Origin: Malassezia furfur
Taxonomy: Eukaryota
DNA: 64,000 nucleotides
Direction: 5' to 3' (one strand)
Assembly: GCA_052055015.1 (NCBI GenBank)
Contig: JBQJIT010000009.1
Part shown: piece after piece, positions 25,828 to 36,465 of the stretch
How positions within the stretch are numbered: the stretch's first letter is position 1
How the letters are laid out: every line of letters begins with the position of its first letter
Program-made: the position numbers and the translations under genes
Notes under the pieces: model-generated
Seen by the model: only the letters and a program-made list of their open reading frames with translations
Told to the model about the DNA's origin: nothing
Database searches by the model: none

Positions 25828-28800
25828 CTACATGCGCGCCTGCACCACCTCCTCGCGCTTGATCCCGCTCCGGTCGCACATCCCGCGGAAGATGCTGTCC
25901 GGCCGGTCAAACAGCGCGAGCGGCGTGTCGTATTCGGCGACACGGCCGTCGTCCATCACCACGATCCGGTCGTACCCAATGATCGTGCTGAGACGGTGCG
26001 CAATGCATAGCAGGGTGCGATCCGTAAACTCGGTGCGGATTGTCTTTTGGATCTTGGCATCCGTCTCGAGATCGACCGAGGCGGTCGCCTCGTCGAGCAG
26101 GATGATCTTGGAGTTGCGCACGAGCGCACGGGCCAACGACACCAGGCTGCGCTGGCCCACCGACAAGTTGGCACCTTCCTCGTCGATGATCGAGTCGAGC
26201 GTGAGGCGTGTAAGCGCCTTGCTCTCGCCCGCGTCCGCCTGTGCTGCGGCCTGCTCCTGGAGCGCGGTGCGCTCCGTCGTCGGCACGTCCGGGTCGTCCA
26301 GCGCAGCCTCGGACGAGAGCGCCGTGCCGGGCCCGGTGAGGTAGGCGCGGTGCATCGCGTCCCACAGCCGCGCGTCGTCGTACATGTTGAACGGGTCGAG
26401 GTTGGAGCGCAGCGTGCCGCTGAACAGCAGCGGCTCCTGCGGTAGGATGGCAATCGCGCGGCGCAGGTCCTCAAGGCCGATCTTGGACACGTCCACGCCG
26501 TCAATGCGCACGATACCGCGCGTGGCCTCGCTGAGGCGCAGCAGCACGGTGAGGATCGAGCTCTTGCCGGCGCCCGTGCGCCCGACGATGCCGACCTTTT
26601 CACCGCCGCGCACGTCGAGCGTGACGCCCTTGAGCACATTCGGCAGGCCCGGGCGGTACTTGAGCCAGACGTTGTCGAACTGGACCGTTCCCTGGCTGGG
26701 CCACGACGCATCCGGCTTCGTCTCTGGGATGCGCTGCGGCGCCTCTTGCTTGAGCGTCTCGGCGTAGTACACGAGACGCTCGGCCGAGTTCATCTCGTTC
26801 TCGAGCTCGGTAAACTGGCGCGTGACGAAGCCGAGCATCTGTGCGATGGTGATGATCATCGAGAGCGCCGTACCGGCGTGACCTGGGCCGTCGTTGCCGA
26901 TGCCGTTGGCCACGAGCAGGCCGACAACCAGCACACAGATGGAGCCGAGGAAGTCGAGACGCAGCCCAAGCCAGCGCTGGTTGACCACCGTGCAAAAGTA
27001 GGCGCGGTTTTCCAAATCGACGCGGTCGTAGTTTTCGTGCAGGAAGCGGTCCGACTCGCGGTACGCGCGGATCGTCGTCAGGCCGCTGAGCGACTCGGCA
27101 AAGTGCGAGTAGAGCGTGCTGCGCAGCATCGCGTCCATCCGCTTGAACTCGCGCGCAGACGAGCGGTAAAACGTAGCAACAATCCACGCAATGAGGAGCA
27201 CGATCGCGATCGCGATCGCAAAGTAGTAGGTCAGCGCGATCGTCATGGCGATCGCACCCAGCATCGACATGACCGTCGTGACGCACTGGCGCAGCAGGTT
27301 GCTCAGCTGGTTGTCCAGCACGTCAATGTCTTTGCCGAAACGGTTGATGATGCGCCCAATCGGCGTGGTGTCGAACCAGAACATGGGCGCATACATGACG
27401 CGCTTCAGCGCCGTGTCGTGCAGGTGGCGCGACGCCATGTAGGTAAACAGGCCGAGCGTCACGTCCGTGATAAAGTTGAAAATGAGCTGCAGCAGGCCAA
27501 GCATCACGTAAAGGCCGATACAGAAGCCCACCGAGTAGGTGCCGTTCCTGTACCAATCGGACCACCAGTTGATGTAGTAGGTCGAGAGCGTCGTGGCACC
27601 CTGCATGCACACCGCCGCGGCCGCGGCCAGGGGCACCGTCCACCAGCCTTGGCCCGCATTCATGTACGCGCGGTACACAAAGCTGTCCACCGAGCCCGTG
27701 TTGCGCTCCTCGAGCTCCATGATGCCGTCGCCGTCCGGCTTGCTGAGCTCGGCCTTGTCGAGCTTGCGCTTGGGCTTCTGCGCGTCCTCGGTCTCGGCGG
27801 CGAGCTCGTCGGCGTCCTCCTCCTCGCCAGTGTCCTTGAGCATACCAAAGTTGTGCATCGCATTGTAAAAGTTGCCGCGCGCGCGCATCAGCTCGTCGTA
27901 GGTGCCCATCTCCTCAATGTGCCCGTCGTCCATCGAGATAATCTTGTCACACTCGGGCAGGTACTGGATCGCGTGGGTCACCAGCAGCACCGTCTTACCG
28001 CTGGCACGCAGCGGGAGGATGGCGTTGTTGAAGAGCGCCTTGCCGACGTGCGCATCGACCGCCGACAACGGGTCGTCGAGGCAGATGATCTCCGCGTTGT
28101 AGTACAGCGCACGCGCAATGTTCACGCGCTGCTTTTGGCCACCGGACAGCGTCACACCGCGCTCGCCGATCTCGGTCATGTCGCCGTTCTGCAGCAGCGC
28201 CAGGTCGGACGGCAGCTCGGCACGCTCGATGCACTCCCAGTAGCGCGCCTCGTCCCACGGCTGGCCAAACAGGATGTTGTCGCGCAGCGTCGCGTTCTGG
28301 ATCCAGGCGGACTGTGCACAGTAGGCAATGCGCTGGGCGCCCCACGTCACGTCGCCCGACACCTTGCGCATCTCACCAATTGCACCGAGCAGCAGCGACG
28401 ACTTGCCCGAGCCGACCGAGCCGACAATCGCACACAGCTCGCCGCGTTTGATGGCAAACGTGAGCGGCGACATGGCAAAGTTGCTCGGCGGCTCTTCGGC
28501 TGGGGGCGCCTTGGGCTTCGGCGCAGACATCGCCAGCTCCGCCGGGTCCGCCTTCTTGGCCTTGGAGCGGAAAAGGCGCCAACGCCGCTTCTTTTCGGCG
28601 TTCTGCGGATCCTCCTTGCGATTCTTGCGCAGGAACGCCCAGAGCTTTTGGTTCTTGCGTCGCTGCTTCTTGAGCTGCTTCTTCTCCTGCTCCTTGGTCG
28701 GCTTCAGCGTGGGGTCTTCGCTCACATCCTCCCACTCAAACAGAGCGTCGGTCATCTGCAGACCGTACTCGGAGTGTTCGTCGGCCTTAACCTCGACATC

Positions 28801-30477
28801 GTGCTGCTCGGCGTAGAACACGTCGCGCAGGCGCAAAAACGAGTTCCAGCCGTCGGCAATCACACTGATACCAAACGGAAGGAACATGAGCGGCAAACGC
28901 AAAATCTGGAACAGCGTGATCGCCGGGAACACCACACCGGGGTCGAGGCGGTGCGGCGTGTGGTAGAAGTAGTAGGTGATGATCGACAACACACCCGCCA
29001 TCAGCGGCAGACTGACAGCGACCGCCATCACGCCGGCACGCACCACGGCGAGCTTGAAGACGTACACCAGCTCGTTGCGACGCAGCTTCCGGATCAGCGA
29101 GAGGAAGTTGCTCTCGTACGAGAACAACTTGACGATGCGCATGCCCGACAGCACCTCCTGGGTACGCCGCGCACGGCGATCGGTCCACTCCATCGACTTG
29201 GCACGGATCTTGAACAGGAACTTGAGACAGTACATCTGGCACGGCACCACCACCACCACAAGGGCGAAACCAGCCAAGCTCGACGCGCCCATGCCTTGCG
29301 TAAGCAGAATGACCAGGCAAATAACAATCTCCACCGGCGCCGTGAAGGCAAGCAGCCACCACTGCGCACCAAAGTCGATGCGCGACACGTCCGTGGATAC
29401 GTGGTTCACCAGCTTGCCCGTCGACCGATCGCGGCCCTGCATGCGGAGAGCACGCCGGAAAATGCCTGAAACGAGCGCCGCACGCGTAAATACACCAATG
29501 TACATGGACTCATAGAAGAAGCGGTTCGCCAGCAGATTGCTGATGGCCATAATCACAAAAATGACCACCGCGTAGCCAGAGGCAAGCCCGTGGTCGTTCT
29601 CGACAATCGCGTTGATGACGTGGCGCATCACCAGCGCAGAGCACAGGTAGGCAGTGTCCGCCAGAATCTTGGAGACAAAGGCCACAGCAATGCGTTGCCA
29701 GAAGAGATCAAACATGGCCCAAAACAGGTTCGCGCGCTGGTGCTGGGTCTTGACCGTGCCAGCAATCGCATAGCGGCGACGCATCTCATCGGTAACTTGC
29801 TCCGGCTTGATGTCCTCAAGCTTGGGTGCACGCCAGCAGTACTGCTTTGCTTCGATACGCTCCTCGACAGAAGCGTCGCCACCGAGGCCCTCGGCGGCCT
29901 CTTTTTGCGCCGCCTTGCGCCACTTGTATTGTTGGTATCGGCTAGGCTGAATTTCGCCTGAATCCAGCCGGGCATTGTACTCCTCCGCCTTTTTGACACG
30001 CACATCCCAGCGCTCAATCAGCCGGTTGCTCAGCGACTCGGCGGTTCGTGGACCTTCCATGGCCCAAAGGTCGCTAGGCTCCAGCGGCCGACGATAGCCA
30101 AGCAGCAGCAGAGGCTGGATCCACGAATAGGTCCAGTCGCTGAAAATGCTTGCCCTGCCCAATGGGCTCGGCTCCGCATCGTGGAGCGACTCGGGCGGTG
30201 GCGGCGGCGGATTCTTGAAGCGCCAAAACTGATACCAGTGCTCGCGTGTGCGTGACTCAAACTTGCGGTTGCCTCCACGCTCCCGCTTGCCTTGACCTTC
30301 GGTTTCGTTGTAGTTTTGTTTCTTCTCAAAGTCGTCATCAGAAACCGCGGAACCTTCCACGTCCACGCCCAAATCTTCCGTAACTTGGGCCAGGTTCGGC
30401 ATCGAGTCCGGCACGGAGGAGTGCGCCCCCAGGTCGGGGTGCTTCTCCCCCTGCACACCAGCAGAACCTACACTCAT
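25828..30477 (-). CDS. ABCC (MRP/Yor1-like) full-length ABC transporter
   Basis: TMD-NBD-TMD-NBD layout. GSVGSGKS, LSGGQKQR, GRTGAGKS, LSVGQRSL and DEATAS motifs. No obvious TMD0 and apparently intronless. Start inferred at ATG 30477. Confidence 0.95.
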   Translation of the reverse strand: MSVGSAGVQGEKHPDLGAHSSVPDSMPNLAQVTEDLGVDVEGSAVSDDDFEKKQNYNETEGQGKRERGGNRKFESRTREHWYQFWRFKNPPPPPPESLHDAEPSPLGRASIFSDWTYSWIQPLLLLGYRRPLEPSDLWAMEGPRTAESLSNRLIERWDVRVKKAEEYNARLDSGEIQPSRYQQYKWRKAAQKEAAEGLGGDASVEERIEAKQYCWRAPKLEDIKPEQVTDEMRRRYAIAGTVKTQHQRANLFWAMFDLFWQRIAVAFVSKILADTAYLCSALVMRHVINAIVENDHGLASGYAVVIFVIMAISNLLANRFFYESMYIGVFTRAALVSGIFRRALRMQGRDRSTGKLVNHVSTDVSRIDFGAQWWLLAFTAPVEIVICLVILLTQGMGASSLAGFALVVVVVPCQMYCLKFLFKIRAKSMEWTDRRARRTQEVLSGMRIVKLFSYESNFLSLIRKLRRNELVYVFKLAVVRAGVMAVAVSLPLMAGVLSIITYYFYHTPHRLDPGVVFPAITLFQILRLPLMFLPFGISVIADGWNSFLRLRDVFYAEQHDVEVKADEHSEYGLQMTDALFEWEDVSEDPTLKPTKEQEKKQLKKQRRKNQKLWAFLRKNRKEDPQNAEKKRRWRLFRSKAKKADPAELAMSAPKPKAPPAEEPPSNFAMSPLTFAIKRGELCAIVGSVGSGKSSLLLGAIGEMRKVSGDVTWGAQRIAYCAQSAWIQNATLRDNILFGQPWDEARYWECIERAELPSDLALLQNGDMTEIGERGVTLSGGQKQRVNIARALYYNAEIICLDDPLSAVDAHVGKALFNNAILPLRASGKTVLLVTHAIQYLPECDKIISMDDGHIEEMGTYDELMRARGNFYNAMHNFGMLKDTGEEEDADELAAETEDAQKPKRKLDKAELSKPDGDGIMELEERNTGSVDSFVYRAYMNAGQGWWTVPLAAAAAVCMQGATTLSTYYINWWSDWYRNGTYSVGFCIGLYVMLGLLQLIFNFITDVTLGLFTYMASRHLHDTALKRVMYAPMFWFDTTPIGRIINRFGKDIDVLDNQLSNLLRQCVTTVMSMLGAIAMTIALTYYFAIAIAIVLLIAWIVATFYRSSAREFKRMDAMLRSTLYSHFAESLSGLTTIRAYRESDRFLHENYDRVDLENRAYFCTVVNQRWLGLRLDFLGSICVLVVGLLVANGIGNDGPGHAGTALSMIITIAQMLGFVTRQFTELENEMNSAERLVYYAETLKQEAPQRIPETKPDASWPSQGTVQFDNVWLKYRPGLPNVLKGVTLDVRGGEKVGIVGRTGAGKSSILTVLLRLSEATRGIVRIDGVDVSKIGLEDLRRAIAILPQEPLLFSGTLRSNLDPFNMYDDARLWDAMHRAYLTGPGTALSSEAALDDPDVPTTERTALQEQAAAQADAGESKALTRLTLDSIIDEEGANLSVGQRSLVSLARALVRNSKIILLDEATASVDLETDAKIQKTIRTEFTDRTLLCIAHRLSTIIGYDRIVVMDDGRVAEYDTPLALFDRPDSIFRGMCDRSGIKREEVVQARM

Positions 30478-31296
30478 AGACTGAGACGGCTCAAAACCGA
30501 CGCTGGCAAGGGGCCTGGTTGTCGACGGCAACAGACGCACCCACGCGTCAAATTATACGACGCGAATAATTATCGCTCGCTTGCAACGGCTATGCTCGAT
30601 GCACCTTATCGTTCTGACCCTGGCCACCTGATTGGCCTAATACCACGTGCGTAATTTTTTCCGGTCGGAGATGTGTTACTGCGGCCCCGCGGAGAAAGCA
30701 TCAGCGGGTCCGGAGCTAGCACATGCAGACCCGTGCGCATCAAATCTAACTCGGGGTTGAAAAGGGAAGATTTAGCATGCGCATGGTCCAAATTACGCTG
30801 CGCTACTGCTCCGGCAATGCCTTTGGTCCAGCAGCGCCTGTCCTTCACTTACAGAATACACAGTACCCATGAGCATGAGCTCAAGGCGGACAAAGCCCGG
30901 GTGTGAAGCTTTTCTGATTCGTATAATTTGGAAAAAAAATAAGCGTGGATTTTCAGCTACGTCTTAAGAGCCAAAGACCTTCCCGAAGGCCCCTGTCGAT
31001 GGAGCATCGACCTGCTACGAGGCTTGCACAGTGGGAGTCTGGGTATGGGGAATGTACAGTTTAGGCGTCAGGCCCAACGTAGGCGACGTCTCGAGTCAGT
31101 GGGGTAGGACAGATCTATCAAAACGAGCCGGGAGTCATTTTGGGAACCCTATACCAGACGTTTTTCAACGAGCGGTAAAGATCCCATCGCGAAAGAAGCG
31201 AGGTTGCGTGCCAAAACTTCATATGCGAAAGAGTGATTGGCCGGGGCCGATGCGGCCGATGTGCTCCACGTCCAAAAATTATTATGGAGGCATATT

Positions 31297-32391
31297 TTAC
31301 AAACGAACTACACGGAGTGGATCGGTTGGATCGACGCACGCACGCAGAATCGCATTCATCGCGTCCGACTTCCAACAATTGGGTGTGTTGAGCCCTTCGC
31401 ATCGCAAATGGGCAGGGAGCAAAGCGGCTTCGCCGGTCGCCTGCCGAATGCCATATAGTGTGGAGTCGTTGGGCCAGTAGTTGAAACGGTATCCATTTTC
31501 GTGAAGCCATGTCATGAGACCTTTCCATGGGAAGCGCGATTGTGACTTCTTGCGGAAGTTGGCAAGTCCGACAGGATCCAGTCCGGACTCGACAAGGCGT
31601 TGAAAAAGTGGGGTGGCCAGCTTGCGCTTCTGAATGGAAGTAAGCAGTGTGGGATCTTCAGGCAAGATGATGGGCTCTTGCGGCTGCAAAGGGACCTGCA
31701 CATCGAGGTGGGTATCACGGTCCAAAGCGTTAGGGTCGTCACTAGGGGCAATCGTCAGGCAAATGCATGCTGCGAAACGGTTCTGAAAGGTTTCGAGAGG
31801 TTTCCCTGCCCCCAACGCCGTCTGAAAGGCATGCAAGCCCGCAGGAGACGCAGCAATTTGGACGTGATTGGAGCCGATGTTGGGGTGTGCAATAATCGTG
31901 AATGACTCGGCACCGAGGTTTTGAGAGCATTGCTGTGAGAATTGCTCGAAGCGGCGCACGGCGCGCTTGTATTCGGCTCGTGTCACACTGCTCGATTTCT
32001 CTAGGCGATGCCCTTGCTCCCATGCCGATATTTCCTGTTGCGTCCGGTTGAGGAACTCTGGGTCCTCCTTCATTTTCTGGTAGAGTGGGGCGAGTTCGTC
32101 ACGGATGCGCTGGGCTTGAGTCGTGTTTCCGTTACCACCCAGCGCGTCCATGCCATTTCCAATGCCGTCACCTTGTCCACTTGCGTTTTTGCGCTTTTGT
32201 TCTGCGAGGTATCGCTGGTATTGATTCCACGAGTTGGGCTGACGTCCAAACTCACGCGAGAATCCGAGATAGCGTCGGATCGCAGCGGGATTTACGTTAT
32301 ATTCGGTTGCCCATGCATCGATTTGCGCGTTGAGTGAGTCCCGATACAATGTCAATTGCTGCTTGAGCGGCGTGGGAAGGGAAAAGGACAT
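31297..32391 (-). CDS. Uncharacterised intronless protein, possible degenerate HMG-box-like N-terminus
   Basis: 364-codon ATG-initiated ORF in lower-GC DNA with normal globular composition. Motifs RQPNSWNQYQRY and RFPWKGLMTWLHENGYRFNYWP. Confidence 0.7.
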   Translation of the reverse strand: MSFSLPTPLKQQLTLYRDSLNAQIDAWATEYNVNPAAIRRYLGFSREFGRQPNSWNQYQRYLAEQKRKNASGQGDGIGNGMDALGGNGNTTQAQRIRDELAPLYQKMKEDPEFLNRTQQEISAWEQGHRLEKSSSVTRAEYKRAVRRFEQFSQQCSQNLGAESFTIIAHPNIGSNHVQIAASPAGLHAFQTALGAGKPLETFQNRFAACICLTIAPSDDPNALDRDTHLDVQVPLQPQEPIILPEDPTLLTSIQKRKLATPLFQRLVESGLDPVGLANFRKKSQSRFPWKGLMTWLHENGYRFNYWPNDSTLYGIRQATGEAALLPAHLRCEGLNTPNCWKSDAMNAILRACVDPTDPLRVVRL

Positions 32392-32561
32392 CTCGCCTAA
32401 GTTACCACGAAGCTACGCGACGCGTCTAGATCGCGACGTGTCTGACACGATGGCGTAACAAGCGGACCTACAAGGGGCGCGTCGCCCTACCCGGTAGGCC
32501 GCCACCTTCGGCCGGATGAGATAAGCGCGCGCACGCACCATCAGGCCTGCCACCAAGGAGC

Positions 32562-33533
32562 ATGGACCCCAAGGCGCTCTTCACGACGCGGCTCCTTGGC
32601 TCGCTCCTGAATGAGATTGTAGTGGATACGGCACTCGATGTACATTCTTCTGTGAAGCGGTCCAAGCGCAGGTGCGCGCAGTGCGGAGAATTGTACGTGT
32701 CGAGGCACTCACACAGCTGTACCAAGCATGGTAGGCATCGTACTCACCCAGGCAACGCCGACTCCGCCTCCGCAGCCAACGGCACAAAAACTGACTATTA
32801 CTCAAACAACCCACTGTTTGAGTGTCTTGTGTGCTCGCGCCAGGTGTCATCAAACCGGTATGCGACGCACCTTGAAAAGTGTATGGGTATGGGCGTCAAA
32901 ATGTCGCGCAAGGGGTCGGCGCGCAACGCCAAAACGTCCTCGAACGCAGCCAACGCGCGCCTTCTAAGCAGCACGCCGGTGCCTGAGTCCCCGAGTTCAA
33001 AATCGGCGGCGCTTCCTCGCAAGCGTGCTGCCTCGCCGACGTCGCTGCGCTCGAATGGTTCCGAGAAGCAGATGAAAGTGGACCGGACATCGACACCGTC
33101 CGCGGCGGCTAAGGAACAGGGCAAAGGCACGGGTGCTGGAACGGCGGCAACGGGAGATAAGTCGTCAGCGGTCACGTCGGGTGTACACGAGGGCGAGAGC
33201 AAAGACGGTGTGTCGCAGCGCACAGCGCCAATGGCGCGCGCAGCGTCTAGCGAGGCGGGCACGGCCGGTGACCAGGCGGAGGAGCTAGATATGTCCGACG
33301 ATGCCGACTTCCCGTCGGGCTTCTCGGTGTCGTCCGACTCGGGCAACTCGGAGACGAACGAGGGGGCGTCGGATGCCGAGAACGGAGCGGGCAATGAAGA
33401 TACCATGGAGGAAGTCGAGTTCGACCTAGACAAGGTCGAGGATGACAGCGACAACGACGACGACATTGGTGAGGTCGACATTGATGCCGAGCTGGAGGAC
33501 TCGGATGAGAATGACAATCATGATGATGTATAG
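32562..33533 (+). CDS. SGF11: SAGA deubiquitinase module subunit Sgf11
   Basis: FECLVCSRQVSSNRYATHLEKCMG zinc finger and an acidic tail. In-frame introns 32693-32716 and 32731-32751. Confidence 0.88.
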   Translation: MDPKALFTTRLLGSLLNEIVVDTALDVHSSVKRSKRRCAQCGELYVSRHSHSCTKHGRHRTHPGNADSASAANGTKTDYYSNNPLFECLVCSRQVSSNRYATHLEKCMGMGVKMSRKGSARNAKTSSNAANARLLSSTPVPESPSSKSAALPRKRAASPTSLRSNGSEKQMKVDRTSTPSAAAKEQGKGTGAGTAATGDKSSAVTSGVHEGESKDGVSQRTAPMARAASSEAGTAGDQAEELDMSDDADFPSGFSVSSDSGNSETNEGASDAENGAGNEDTMEEVEFDLDKVEDDSDNDDDIGEVDIDAELEDSDENDNHDDV

Positions 33534-33543
33534 AGTTCCTATG

Positions 33544-35781
33544 CTATTCCGATAACCAACCGTAACGAATGAACGCATCCACACGCTCGGGCGAGTTGGT
33601 GAGACCCATGAGCATCGAGCGCGTCTCCACGTAGAACCAGAGCTTGATCATCGGGAAGACGGTCTTCCAGCTGGCATTTTCGCGAAGCATGGCAAGCTGT
33701 GACTCGTCGCCGGACATGCGGTGGCCCAGCTTGCGCAGGATGGGGATTGCCGATCGGAAGAGCTGGGTAAGCAAGTGCGACGTACATCCAAGTCGGGGTC
33801 CAGGCGACGGCCGATGCCCTCTAGGATCAAGATGCTGAGCACAGTGTCGACAAAGTCGGGCTCCATCTTGACGTGGTACTCGCGTACGGCCTTGAGGGCC
33901 TCGGATAGCACGTCGCCGATTTGCAGATTGGCGAGGTTGAAGGTGTTGTTTTTCACGCTGCTCACAATGTGTTCCATCGTCCGCTCAAAGCCCACCTTGT
34001 CGGTGACGAGCTCCGGCGAGCGGCACCGCTCCACCATGAGCCGCCCCGCGAGACGTCCGCCAAAGTTGGCGATCGACGCGAATAGGTCCAAAAAGTTGCG
34101 CAGGTTCTTGGGCGAGAGCTCCGAAATGAGGCCCGCATCGAGGAACACAAGCTCGGGCAGGTACCCCTCTTCCTCCATCTGCTGCAGCTCGTCGTGCCAG
34201 GCACGCTCGTCGTCTGTCTTGGACAAAAGCTCCTGGACGACCATCTTGTCGGGAATAATGCCCGTTTTGTACTGTGCACTCAGGCGGTAGTCAGGGTCAA
34301 AGTGAGCGAGGATGCGGGACAAGAGGTTCTGCAGGATGGTGCGCGTCGTCGGCCGGTAGAAGCTGACCATAATGTTGCCGGGATGCAGGTCGGCATGCGT
34401 AAAGTTGTCGATGAGAAGCATATTCTGGGTGAGGGAGGGCGGCACGTACCAAGAAGGCATCCAGACCGAGATCGGCGATGCGGGCGTCGTAGTCCAGGCC
34501 GCCGAGCCGCAAAAAGTACTTCAGCGGCACAGCATCAATCATCTCCTCGACCAGCACGTCCTTCGAGCAAAAGTCGAGCAGTGGCCGAGGGAAAGAAATG
34601 GCACTGTTGCGCCGTGCAAAGTTGCGCTCAAAGCGCGCGAGGTTGTAAGCCTCGTGGCGCAGATCGAGCTGCGAAAACATCAGCGTCGCAAACTGGTGGA
34701 CCTCCTCAGGGAGCGACACCCACTTCATACCTGGCAGCGCATTCAGCGTATTGGCAAAGAAGCGCATGATGCGAATGTCCAGTCCGATCGTCCGCCGCAC
34801 GTGGGGGTGCAGCACTTTGATCGCCACGGCAGCCGTTGGTCGGCGCTCCTCGTCATGCTCATACATCAGCGCAAGCTCCTCACCAATGCGCTGTGCGGCA
34901 TCGGGGAGTTGGCTCTCGCGATGGTGCTTGGCCTCGAGATAGCTCGGCGGGAGCAGGTTGTGTCGCACCCGTGCCTTGTATACTTGGCCGACCGCACCCA
35001 CGCCGACAGGCGTGGGGTCAAATGACTCAAAGATCTCATCGAACGGCTTCTGGAAGGCATGCTCGAGCACACGCTTGGTATGCTTGAACGCATGCGGCGA
35101 GTTGTTCGAGTGCAGCTTCGCAAAGCGCTCGCATAACTCGTCGGGGAACAAGTCGTGTCGCGAGCCCGCCCACTGCCCAAGCTTCACAAACGTCGGTCCT
35201 GCGCGGCCCATCTGCGCGACAAGGAGGTCGTACCACACCAGCGCGCCCCAACGTTCGCCACGTATCACCTGTCCGGAGGCTGTGCGCGTCGTCTTGGCGC
35301 GTCCGAGAAACAGCAGGGGAACCGCTAGGATCACAGGCCCAAAGAGCAACGCTAACACAAGGAATCGCTTGAACACCAGAATCGGCATGATCAGATGGTC
35401 GTACAGGAACACACCGACGCGGCCCACGGTGGTTTTCGGCGCAGTAGGCTCGTCGTCCTCCTCCATCAGCTTTGCGATGTCCTCTTCGGAGGGTGGATTT
35501 GGTGGGATGAGGCTGTTTGGCGCACTCTTCTCCTCCTCGCCAAACGCCTTCGCCTGCAGCGTAAAGTAGGCCACGATCCCCACGCCGATCCCCCCCGCAG
35601 TCCACGCAACATGGGACGAAGGGCGGGGCGCCGAATACGCGGAGGATGCCGAGTGAGCGCCGCGCGAAAAGCCCAGACACAGTGAGGGCGAATGCGCTGG
35701 ACGTACAGCCCACCTCAAAGCCGTTGTGCGCGCGAAACCACACGCCGTCGGGAGGCGATAGGCCATCGGACGCGCCAGCAT
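33544..35781 (-). CDS. Mitochondrial ABC1/UbiB-family atypical kinase
   Basis: GPTFVKLGQW, VAIKVLHP, HADLHPGNI and FLDAGL motifs. Introns 34425-34449 and 33763-33785. Confidence 0.9.
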
Positions 35782-35896
35782 GGTGGAGCTGCCTGCGCAC
35801 GGGACTTCGCGTGCGGCTCCGGACGCGTCGGCGCACGTGACGAAAGACGAGGAAGCAGCGCCGCCAGCTTCTTCTTGCCCACCAATTCATTCCAAC

Positions 35897-36401
35897 ATGG
35901 CGACTGAGCAGAGTACGCAATACGCCCTAACCCAGCCTACATCATGATTAAGCCCGACGGCGTCCAGCGCGGTCTCGTCGGCAAGATCATCGAGCGCTTC
36001 GAGAACCGTGGCTACCAGCTCGTGGCCATGAAGCTCGTGCACGCCGGTGAGGACCACCTCGAAAAGCACTACGCCGACCTCAAGGGCAAGCCCTTCTTCC
36101 CCGGCCTGATCAAGTACATGACCTCGGGCCCCGTCGTCGCCATGGTGTGGCAGGGCAAGGATGTCGTCAAGCAGGGCCGTGTCCTGCTTGGTGCTACCAA
36201 CCCGCTCGCCTCGGCGCCGGGCACCATCCGCGGCGACTTGTACGTGTTCCCTACTTATGCAGCGCTATCGATGTCGGCCGTAACATCTGCCACGGCTCGG
36301 ACTCGGTCGAGTCGGCCAAGAAGGAGATCGCCCTGTGGTTCGGCGAGCAGAGCGCTACGATCGACTACAAGCGCTCGGCGGACGAATGGATCTACGAGTA
36401 A
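35897..36401 (+). CDS. NDK1: Nucleoside diphosphate kinase
   Basis: [43 protein letters not shown] after removing 23-nt introns 35913-35935 and 36240-36262. Confidence 0.97.
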
Positions 36402-36465
36402 ACGTGACCGTTTCGTAGACTTAATAAATCGGTAGTTCGCGTACCACGTGCAACTTCCCCAAACC

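Noticed and set aside
23685..25862. 725-aa ORF suggesting a large N-terminal fusion to adenosine kinase
   Set aside because: The upstream part is antisense to RPN5. The real start is ATG 24663 and the C-terminus is corrected by an intron.
30478..31296. Possible centromere or transposon remnant in the lower-GC gap
   Set aside because: Not strongly AT-rich. No terminal repeats, target-site duplication or transposase motif seen.
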